Source: Nitrospinaceae bacterium (GTDB lineage: Bacteria; Nitrospinota; Nitrospinia; Nitrospinales; Nitrospinaceae). Taken from it: 64,000 nt of DNA. Under the pieces are notes generated by a model that saw nothing but the letters and a program-made list of their open reading frames with translations, did no database searches and was not told the origin of the DNA. This document shows positions 58,001-64,000 of this stretch, in pieces. The stretch covers positions 2,336,001 through 2,400,000 of the forward strand of contig OZ250172.1 in the NCBI GenBank assembly GCA_965237905.1. Reading direction: 5' to 3'. A program made the position numbers and the translations under genes. Each line of letters starts with the position of its first letter. Position 1 is the stretch's first letter.

Positions 58001-58763
58001 TCAGCTGGAGAAGATATTCGACGCGGCGGTTACCCGGTGGACCGGAGTTGGGTATATCGATCAGGCCCGGTTGGCGACTTTGGATGATCTGGAATTCTAC
58101 ATTGCCGATATGGTCGGATTGGCCCTGGGCCGATCTTCCGGCAACCGGATCTTTATCGATCCCAACGCGGCGGGTCACGGCTGGTTTGTCGATGAGACAC
58201 CGGATGCCAATGAGGAGTTCCTATTAAGCAGTAACGGTTGGGTGGCGAAGCCCAATAGCGCGGCTTATGGCAAGATGGACCTGCTGACAGCGGTCAGCCA
58301 TGAGATAGGCCATTATCTGGGACTGGATCACGACGATGCCACTTCTGATACCTCGGTGATGAGCGATACCCTGCAGTCGGGTTCCCGGTATGTGGGAGAA
58401 GAGTCCAGCTACCGGCATATGGGAGAAGATACCCTTCTGAGCAGTGCATTCTTTGCGGCAGGTTCAGCCTTCCTGGAAGAGACGTTGGGCTTGACGGGCG
58501 AGTCGGAGGACGAGGAGGATGGCTCAGAGGAGACTCTGGCGCTGGTCTTTGACGAGGAATCCGGTGAGTTCAGCGAATCCGAAGCCACCAGTGATGATGA
58601 TGAATGGTACATCGATAATGGCGATGTGGAGCCGGATGAGGATGTATACGCCCTATTGGATCTGGAGGATGAGGATTTCACCCAGCTGGCCGGCTTGAGC
58701 CTGAATGACACTAACGGCCAGAGTGATTCCAGAATCAATTGGAATGGTCAATTTACGGGATAA
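51981..58763 (+). CDS. Giant protein, C-terminal portion (RTX repeats, two ConA/LamG-like domains, metzincin-like domain, acidic tail); true coding probably begins about 52044 as a continuation of the upstream ORF
   Basis: It carries the same repeat types as the upstream ORF, and the first ~20 residues of the called ORF are out of character. HEIGHYLGLDH at 58299-58331 is followed by SVM (Met-turn-like). Confidence 0.9.
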   Translation: MRPRRRVSKTPYSSSSIWLLGLMAVDDPDDEELGTKDVLVTRGGNVYRITFTDEMGNQDVALLDIDDFADPNDLAHLGLTMESGAVGDVLNINNSADDTDTVAILTDTSLTGLGMGDIGIEETTFNEIQTLRLDATGGTFRLSYTNEDLDTFETANLNFDISAAALQAELETVLATALSLTPEEPIDNIRVVQNDDVYVFYFRGLLSNADVAPIEVVELANNLTRIEELPGGDLTTVVPGDLFTTTRLDGITAAAQNEIQQLLITATGGTFTLAFPDNTDPDDITVELPFDVTRAQLQLALEALPAIVPGDVIISEITGGFNIEFVSELSSQNVPEMIVDNLTDGTVTVNEIQAGLDTGLNNVQVVTVNASQGFFQLQLYVPLVQKTLLTEQLAHDASAEQVRRALQQELARELNGIAEGADLSRTREAFKSDFSVARIDNVYIIGFQGVTRQIDGGEGVSLLNVIGDDEFNDSGSAEVRTRMDGINYYGIEQINLNMGSGTDILNVQGTSPGSFKLDRDNTVHAATNITLAVGNDQIFISSNADLDHANINDGDVFEFLTGHLDDVLGNLNLDVGTGTHRLLISDEAATVGDANITISDIITTPTGGDTFDDTSAAEIQVKGLAYGDITYGADASANFYDGIIYWTGSGDDTIFIDGTHVRDEAVERTTTLLNTGLGDDHVTVDLDVLDEFDEPEDGFFVLHTMGAKVAHTPVDPTLSDGIDDPSDDDTVRASESTLPLIIFGGLGNDDIIAGQNEDIVFGDFGRVQYLNSIGELIAVFGFGARDDVISSQVIDPTWVISRDLNLGGVDIIEGGEDDDILIGGAGGNSIGDYIDGDEGDDLIFGDAVRLERRDTDVTVVGGEPGSITNPRFQTLEGQVIYTRNDIPAFLQGLTPAEFGELNGSNVGEVLVDGVSRDIRHQDGTLVAAWNEYEIVELYHSFDIEAGMVPGLEDSFGDDYIAGGADHDVIFGQLGDDVIQGDGSIESAVGAETLADNRVAAAQAGLNPVGARRVDAGTSILPPELVGLVNQILDITASFETAEDGDDYIEGNGGNDTVFGNLGQDDIIGGSSSLFTLNDSSLRPDGDGADFLFGGSGERIDRNHDITDTNKDTIVLDDVHARDSDVIAGDNANIYRIVGTGDITPPGEATIPGTGDTGGFLDFNYDAVREAQRIIVRAVELLDYTLGGPDFDMASAATDIGAGDEIHGGSGDDFIYGMVGSDVLFGDSEDDDIIGGWGLEWISGGTGDDGVLGDGGRIYTSRNSTIFGESLFGIAALSAVDVEIDTPGNIQEAIINVNGQLKKTVDLTPFNVDPSSLQDALFNPMYADDIIYGGLGGDFLHGGAGDDAISGAEALPISAAVVYPDNDMTDNARTDGVVITLGYDTPFNSGNILGADALRAEEFAAYDEFNPRTKILVNVDGDLLDYFLNFDETEGPVAPGSPSKFTDGDDRIFGDLGNDWLVGGTGRDTSYGGRGNDLMNADDDHNTASGLNDVPDGPEYSYEDRAFGGAGRDVLIANTGGDRLIDWVGEFNSFLVPFAPFGPPTVSRAPQPQMAEFLYDLSESDGADPTRAADTGNAVNRNGEPDGELGVVLQKDDDWGDQTGGPADPQAGNIPGGKRDIRGGADFNSGTASSFFADSGTWTVSGGRFEVAPEILGADAVSVYMVNEYLPNYFELKATINAGKPTAGLKSNAYLIFDYQSETDFKYAGVNISNDKMEMGYRDATGWHELVQTSAKLRPNTDYELLLALNGTAVTLVVDNQDVFNYVYAPRVDADGFSYGLNAGMVGIGALNSVARIDNVKVQVLPPEITFEDTDDFTTAATLLTGATTGDWQVVNNRYQVDATSIELAQSLAGLTVDGSSLIRLEGVLNTDGIAGYVFDRYSATDFKFAAISATDDQAIIGHYARQGWVIDTAANWVINDNQDYDVDVTVKGSTVSVLVNGQTVVSHAFNAVAVDGEFGLLAKDGIASFDTVTFGTDDPAFGGVGEAALLAAQSAGESVATSTLTHGQLEKIFDAAVTRWTGVGYIDQARLATLDDLEFYIADMVGLALGRSSGNRIFIDPNAAGHGWFVDETPDANEEFLLSSNGWVAKPNSAAYGKMDLLTAVSHEIGHYLGLDHDDATSDTSVMSDTLQSGSRYVGEESSYRHMGEDTLLSSAFFAAGSAFLEETLGLTGESEDEEDGSEETLALVFDEESGEFSESEATSDDDEWYIDNGDVEPDEDVYALLDLEDEDFTQLAGLSLNDTNGQSDSRINWNGQFTG

Positions 58764-58903
58764 AGTAAAACACAGAAGAATCTCGCGGGCCTCTATCAGA
58801 TTTTATAGAGACCTTTAAATCTAATCATAATAAGTATTTTTTTAAATAAATTTACGTTAACTATACATTTCTTTTTGTAAAAAATTCGCGGAACCCAATT
58901 TCC

Positions 58904-58933
58904 TTGACATGTTGTTAAGGAATTTGCTAATTT
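58904..58933 (+). promoter_or_regulatory. Putative sigma70-type promoter upstream of DUF3467
   Basis: TTGACA (58904-58909), 18-nt spacer, and an extended -10 TGcTAATTT (58925-58933) with an AT-rich upstream tract. Confidence 0.5.
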
Positions 58934-59117
58934 GTGTATCAATTCAATCCGTTATAAATAGAAAGCTTATCTTTAAGTTTTGGTTACCCCTTTTGGGGCG
59001 TGACGTGTGTTTGGGAGAGTTCCTTGTAGAGTTTAACGAGGTTCACCTTTAGCTTTTTTGAGCAGCTGAAGTTCCTATTATTTTTTAAGTATTATTAAAT
59101 TTTTTGGGAGAAAACTT

Positions 59118-59477
59118 ATGGCAGAGCAAAAAGCTCAGGCAGTAGCCGAGCAAAAAGAAAAGAGTGAATCGGGGAAAGCAAATACCACGTCGAACGAATT
59201 TTTAAATTCGCTGACACTTAAGTGGGATGATTCGAAGATGCAGACCACTTACGCTAACGTGGTGAATGCGTCGAGCACCCGGGAAGAGGTTTCAATTTTC
59301 TTCGGAACCAACCAATCCTGGAACATCTCTGAAGATCGCGAATTGGCCATTCAGTTGAGCGACCGTATGGTGCTCAACCCTTATGCCGCGAAACGTCTGC
59401 TGGTGTTGTTATCCCGGATTGTCAAAGAATATGAAAACCGTTTTGGGACTTTAAAATTGGACGGGGACACCAAGTAA
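59118..59477 (+). CDS. DUF3467-domain protein
   Basis: WDDSKMQTTYANVVNASSTREEVSIFFGTNQSW...MVLNPYAAKRL...YENRFG pattern, with a GGGAG RBS. Confidence 0.85.
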   Translation: MAEQKAQAVAEQKEKSESGKANTTSNEFLNSLTLKWDDSKMQTTYANVVNASSTREEVSIFFGTNQSWNISEDRELAIQLSDRMVLNPYAAKRLLVLLSRIVKEYENRFGTLKLDGDTK

Positions 59478-59529
59478 ATTGAACCGTCGAAACCATCTTT
59501 TAAAAAAAAGGTGGGACATCGATTTCGTC

Positions 59530-59558
59530 ATCCCCGCCCTTGGGCGGGGATTTTTTTT
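59530..59558 (+). terminator. Rho-independent terminator
   Basis: ATCCCCGCC-CTTG-GGCGGGGAT stem-loop followed by a T run. Confidence 0.85.
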
Positions 59559-59596
59559 ATAAAGAGGATATTTGATCAGTCCATAAGGTTTACGTT

Positions 59597-61477
59597 ATGA
59601 AGTCAAAATTTACATCGGGAGAAAAACCCGAAAAGAGCAACGGCCTAAATGATTCCCAGTTATGGAAGGAATTTTCCAACGCCAAAACTTCCAGCGAGTT
59701 TGCCCATCATTGGTTGAGTCTGCAATGCCGTTACCTTCCCGGAGTGCTTCGTGGAGTCGTTGTGCTGGGAGATCCCAAGACTGATTCTTATGCGCCTGCC
59801 GCTTTTTGGCCACAGAACTCCAATGGAAATCTAAATTTAACCCGTGTTGCTGATTTTGCGATTGAGCAAAAAAAAGGTGTGCTGCATGAAGGGGGTTCCA
59901 AGAATGGGAAAAATAATCGAAAAGGGGAAAAGAATTCATTTATGGCCTATCCCTTTTTAATCGACGAAAGCTTGTACGGAGTGGTTGCGGTAGAGGCCCA
60001 TACCTCCGATGAGAAGGAAACTCAACAAGCCATGCGGCAGTTGCAGTGGGGGACTTCCTGGATGGAAGTGATGATTCGCAGGCAGTTTAACCAAAACACG
60101 TTGCCTGACCGAAAACGCCTGAGCACGGTTCTCGAATTAATCGCCAGCGGCTTGGAAAATGAACAATTTAAAAAAGCTGCCAACGCAGTGGTCACTGATA
60201 TGGCTGTTCAACTGGATTGCGAGCGCGTCAGCCTGGGGTTTGTCAAAGGGAAATTCGTAAAGGTTGCCGCGTTATCCCACAGCGCCAAATTCAGCAAAAA
60301 GTCGAACTTGATTCGGGATATAGGCCATGTCATGGATGAGGCGATCGATCAAAAGTCCATGATTATTTTTCCTCCCATGGATGAGCAGACTCCATTAATC
60401 CATCGGTTGCATGCCGACTTAAACGACAAAAATGGGGGCGGAGGGGTTTGTACGGTACCGTTGAGTTCGGGAGATAAAGTGTTTGGCGCGTTGACTTTTG
60501 AAAAAACCAAAAAAAAGCAATTTAGCGAACAGGATGTGCATCTCTGTGAAACCGCCGCCCACATGGTGGGTCCCATTTTACATATTAAGCGCAAAGAGGA
60601 TCGATGGATATTGACCAAGGTGTTAATCTCCCTAAAGAATTTTTTAGGAAAACTGGTGGGACCCCGGCATTTGGGTTGTAAGATGGGATTCATCATTTTG
60701 ACGGCCCTGGTAGTTTTCTTTTATTATGCGATGTGGGATTTTCGAATTGCGGCAGACACCAAAATTGAAGGGGCCGTCCAGCGAGTCGTGGTGGCCCCGG
60801 TGGAAGGATATATCCAGAATACGTTTGTGAGACCGGGGGACGTTGTAAAAAAAGGTGACTTGATTTGTGAACTTGAGGATAAAGACCTGATTGTGGAAAG
60901 AGTTAAATGGGAAAGCCAGATCAATCAGTATCAAGGACAGTACCGGGATGCGTTGGCTAAATACAACCGAAGTGAAATAAAAATTTTGAAGGCTCAATTG
61001 AAACAGGCGGAAGCCAAACTGGAATTAATCCAGAAGCAATTGAACCGAACCCACATTTACTCCCCCTTCGACGGGATTATCGTTTCGGGAGATTTGAGCC
61101 AATCCCTGGGTGCGCCGGTGGAACGGGGCGAAGTGTTATATCAATTGGCCCCGCTGGATGAGTACCGGGTAGTTCTGGAAGTGGATGAAAAGGATATTGC
61201 GGAAATCCAAACCATGATGCGCGGAGAGTTGGTATTGACGGGGGCGGTCAAGGAAAACCTCCCCTTTATAGTGAAAAAAATCACCCCGGTCTCGGAAAAC
61301 CGGGAGGGAAGCAATTTCTTCAGAGTGGAAGCCCAGTTACTGGAACATCGAGATTATCTGCGGCCAGGCATGGAGGGAGTAGGTAAAATCAATGTCGGTG
61401 AGCGTAAATTAATCTGGATTTTAACCCGTGAAATGATTAACTGGTTCCGATTAAAAATCTGGACTTGGTGGCCTTAA
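59597..61477 (+). CDS. GAF-domain / HlyD-family membrane-fusion (periplasmic adaptor) protein
   Basis: GAF-like segments (LDCERVSLGF..VAALSHSA..AIDQ), one TM helix, lipoyl-like halves (VVAPVEGYI..VRPGDVVKKGD; IYSPFDGIIVSGD) around a coiled coil, and LRPGMEG. Confidence 0.88.
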   Translation: MKSKFTSGEKPEKSNGLNDSQLWKEFSNAKTSSEFAHHWLSLQCRYLPGVLRGVVVLGDPKTDSYAPAAFWPQNSNGNLNLTRVADFAIEQKKGVLHEGGSKNGKNNRKGEKNSFMAYPFLIDESLYGVVAVEAHTSDEKETQQAMRQLQWGTSWMEVMIRRQFNQNTLPDRKRLSTVLELIASGLENEQFKKAANAVVTDMAVQLDCERVSLGFVKGKFVKVAALSHSAKFSKKSNLIRDIGHVMDEAIDQKSMIIFPPMDEQTPLIHRLHADLNDKNGGGGVCTVPLSSGDKVFGALTFEKTKKKQFSEQDVHLCETAAHMVGPILHIKRKEDRWILTKVLISLKNFLGKLVGPRHLGCKMGFIILTALVVFFYYAMWDFRIAADTKIEGAVQRVVVAPVEGYIQNTFVRPGDVVKKGDLICELEDKDLIVERVKWESQINQYQGQYRDALAKYNRSEIKILKAQLKQAEAKLELIQKQLNRTHIYSPFDGIIVSGDLSQSLGAPVERGEVLYQLAPLDEYRVVLEVDEKDIAEIQTMMRGELVLTGAVKENLPFIVKKITPVSENREGSNFFRVEAQLLEHRDYLRPGMEGVGKINVGERKLIWILTREMINWFRLKIWTWWP

Positions 61478-61492
61478 TCGAAAGGGTGATTT

Positions 61493-63643
61493 ATGTCTGT
61501 TGATGCGATGTTCAGCCCTTCCTGGTACCGGGTCGCAAATCTACAACCCCGCCTACGCAGTCATACCCAAATTCACCGTCACCATTACCGTGGAAAAATA
61601 TGGTTTGTTCTTCAGGACCACTCGAGCGGAAGTTATCACCGGTTCAGTCCTCCTGTTTATTATATTATCTCGCAGATGGACGGCACGCGAACGTTTCAGG
61701 AGATCTGGGATCGCGCTGTTGAGCATTTGGGCGACGATGCCCCCACCCAAGATCAGATGATACGGTTAGCGGGCCAGCTTCATTCAAACGATACCCTGTT
61801 GTGTGATGTGCCGCCGGATACGTTCGAGTTGTTTCAGCGTCATGAGTCTCATCAGAAAATGAAATGGAAGCAGTGGTTCCTGAACCCACTTTCCTTGCGC
61901 TTCCCCTTCTTCGATCCGGAACGCCTGCTGAATCAAATGTTGCCTTGGGTTCGACCATTTTTCGGTTGGTTCGGAATTTTTATATGGTGCGCAGTCGTAG
62001 GATACGCTTTGTACCTTTCCGGATTGCACTGGGATGGTTTGACGAAAAATGTGAGCGATCGGATTCTTACTCCGGAAAACCTGCTACTGCTTTGGCTCGT
62101 GTACCCCTTGGTAAAGTTGGTGCACGAATTTGGACACGCCTTTGCTGTTAAAAACTGGGGTGGGGAAGTCCATGAAATTGGAATCATGCTTCTCGTGTTC
62201 ATTCCGGTTCCTTATGTGGAGGCGTCCAGTGCCTCCGCATTCCGGGAAAAACATCGGCGCATGATGGTGGATGCCGCTGGGATTGTAGTGGAGTTGTTGT
62301 TGGCGGCAATCGCTTTAGTAGTTTGGGTTAATGTGGAGCACGGGATTGTTCATGCCATTGCCTATAATGTGATTTTAATTGGCAGTGTGTCCACTCTTTT
62401 TTTCAACGGCAACCCTCTATTACGGTTTGACGGTTATTATTTTCTTGCCGACGCTATTGAAGTACCCAACCTTGGCTCCCGCTCAAATAATTATCTCGGG
62501 TATTTGATTCAGCGGTATGGTTTTGGAGTCCGGAACGCCAAATCTCCGGCAAATACATCTGGGGAACGTTTTTGGATGTTCTCTTATGGAATATCCTCCT
62601 TTTTCTACAGGATGTTTATTGTTGCGGTGATTGCTCTGGTCGTTGCTGAAAAATTCTTTATTGTCGGAATCCTATTAGCCAGCTGGGCGTTGACCACCAT
62701 GATCGGGGTGCCTCTTTATAAAAGACTTAAATTCCTATTTTCAAGTCCCTTGATTAGCGGGAATCGAGCTCGGGCAATAGTGCTCACCACAAGTTTTGTT
62801 GTATCGTTGCTGGGTTTTATATTTTTTGCGCCTTTTCCCTATGCAACTCGGGCGGAAGGAGTGATTTGGCCGCCGGAACATTCCCTGATACGGGCTGAAA
62901 CTGATGGATTTTGTCGAGAAATTCTTGTGAAGTCCAACCAATGGGTTCAACAGGGAGATACCATCATGATCAGCGAGGACCCCTTGTTGGATGCCGAAAA
63001 ACGCATTCTGGAAGCGCGCCTGCAAGAATTGGAAGCGCGCTATCTATCTTTGCGTTACACGGAACGAACCAAAGCGCTGATTCAAAAAGAGGAAATGGTT
63101 ACTGTTAAAAAGCAATTAGACCGCATCCAAGAGTTGGAAAGCCGGTTGACTATTCGTAGCCAGGCTAAAGGAAAACTGATTCTTCCCCGGTTGGAAGATA
63201 TGAAGGGCCGCTTTCTCCATAAGGGAGAATTGATAGGGTATGTGGTCGATTTTCCCTTGAATACAGCTCGAGTGGTAGTACCTCAGGATAATATCGGTTT
63301 GGTAAGGGAACAAACGGTCAAAATACAGATTCGCTTGGCAGAAAGTATCGGAAAAGTTTCTGAAGCGATGGTTTTGCGGGAGGTTCCCGCGGCTACAGTG
63401 AAATTGCCGAGTGTGGCCTTGGGTTTTGCGGGAGGCGGCGAGGTCCCCGTTGATCCGCGGGATGAAGAAGGGACTAAAGCCTTTGACTCGTTTTTTCAGT
63501 TGGATTTGACTTTATCCGACCAGAAAAATATACGATATATTGGAGAGCGGGTTTTTGTGCGTTTCGATCATGGCAGGGTTCCCTTGGCGGAACAGTGGTA
63601 CTACTTCTTTCGACAACTGTTTTTAAGAAAGTTCAGTGTTTAA
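61493..63643 (+). CDS. PqqD-like domain, M50 (site-2) intramembrane metallopeptidase and HlyD-like domain fusion
   Basis: HEFGH at 62123-62137 and NPLLRFDG at 62411-62434 among TM helices. The N-terminus is winged-helix-like (YYIISQMDGTRTFQEIW), and the C-terminus has a lipoyl/coiled-coil HlyD-like part. Confidence 0.88.
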   Translation: MSVDAMFSPSWYRVANLQPRLRSHTQIHRHHYRGKIWFVLQDHSSGSYHRFSPPVYYIISQMDGTRTFQEIWDRAVEHLGDDAPTQDQMIRLAGQLHSNDTLLCDVPPDTFELFQRHESHQKMKWKQWFLNPLSLRFPFFDPERLLNQMLPWVRPFFGWFGIFIWCAVVGYALYLSGLHWDGLTKNVSDRILTPENLLLLWLVYPLVKLVHEFGHAFAVKNWGGEVHEIGIMLLVFIPVPYVEASSASAFREKHRRMMVDAAGIVVELLLAAIALVVWVNVEHGIVHAIAYNVILIGSVSTLFFNGNPLLRFDGYYFLADAIEVPNLGSRSNNYLGYLIQRYGFGVRNAKSPANTSGERFWMFSYGISSFFYRMFIVAVIALVVAEKFFIVGILLASWALTTMIGVPLYKRLKFLFSSPLISGNRARAIVLTTSFVVSLLGFIFFAPFPYATRAEGVIWPPEHSLIRAETDGFCREILVKSNQWVQQGDTIMISEDPLLDAEKRILEARLQELEARYLSLRYTERTKALIQKEEMVTVKKQLDRIQELESRLTIRSQAKGKLILPRLEDMKGRFLHKGELIGYVVDFPLNTARVVVPQDNIGLVREQTVKIQIRLAESIGKVSEAMVLREVPAATVKLPSVALGFAGGGEVPVDPRDEEGTKAFDSFFQLDLTLSDQKNIRYIGERVFVRFDHGRVPLAEQWYYFFRQLFLRKFSV

Positions 63644-64000
63644 ATGTTTATCGCTGAGTGGGAGCGTCCCAGAACCAATTTGGAGCTTTACCCGGAAAAA
63701 AAGTGGGAAGAGCCTAATTTGCTGGAACGAATTTTTTTAAAGGGTAGCCGGTATTTCCGGAAAGGGCCTTCCCTCTCACAGATGTATGAGTTTGCCCACA
63801 GGGTGGAGAGGGCGGGGAAGGAATTCCAACACATTTCTGAAAAGCAGATTGCTCTATGTTCAAAAAAAATACGGACTGACCTTCATAAAAATGGATTCAA
63901 ACCACAGTCCGTAGTCCAAAGTTTTGCTCTGATTCGCGAAGTTTCCCGTCGAACTCTTGGAATCCAGCATTACCCTGTACAGATCATTGGCGGCTACGTC
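63644..64000 (+). CDS. secA: Accessory SecA-like (SecA_DEAD) protein, 3'-truncated by the window edge; absent from the ORF track
   Basis: The ATG immediately follows the upstream TAA. My translation ends SFALIREVSRRTLGIQHYPVQIIGGYV, matching the SecA AFAxxREAxxRxLGxxxxDVQxxGG segment. Confidence 0.85.
   Translation, partial: MFIAEWERPRTNLELYPEKKWEEPNLLERIFLKGSRYFRKGPSLSQMYEFAHRVERAGKEFQHISEKQIALCSKKIRTDLHKNGFKPQSVVQSFALIREVSRRTLGIQHYPVQIIGGYV

Noticed and set aside
28477..58738. Many long antisense ORFs (up to 493 aa) opposite the giant gene
   Set aside because: They are shadow ORFs from biased codon usage of the sense gene, with no recognisable motifs.

Overview
This is a bacterial, gene-dense, accessory-type window with no rRNA, tRNA, CRISPR array or recognisable transposase/integrase. 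(1) 1-1479: 3' part of a hybrid sensor kinase. (2) 1495-12825 (minus strand): a tightly coupled nine-gene operon encoding a response regulator, HEAT-repeat membrane protein, processive GT2 synthase, glycoside-hydrolase-like protein, TPR/outer-membrane beta-barrel protein, DUF3344-like protein, a tiny His/Cys peptide with a PEP-CTERM-like tail (VSEFP), an exosortase with Ser at the catalytic Cys position, and an EpsI domain fused to an (alpha/alpha)-barrel-like domain. (3) 13132-18256: GH94-like phosphorylase and a sodium:solute symporter. (4) 19131-26552: an exported-protein cluster with three CsgG/TolB-N-like proteins and a CxxC thioredoxin-fold protein. (5) 27989-58763: one giant LEPR-XLL/RTX-like protein (about 10,257 aa if joined across a single frameshift) with nested modules and a C-terminal metzincin motif. 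It is followed by DUF3467, a GAF-HlyD adaptor, a PqqD-like/M50 peptidase/HlyD fusion and the start of an accessory SecA-like gene, forming a putative non-canonical export system. Three apparent single-base frameshifts may be assembly errors. All family assignments come from motif recognition by eye; no searches were run.
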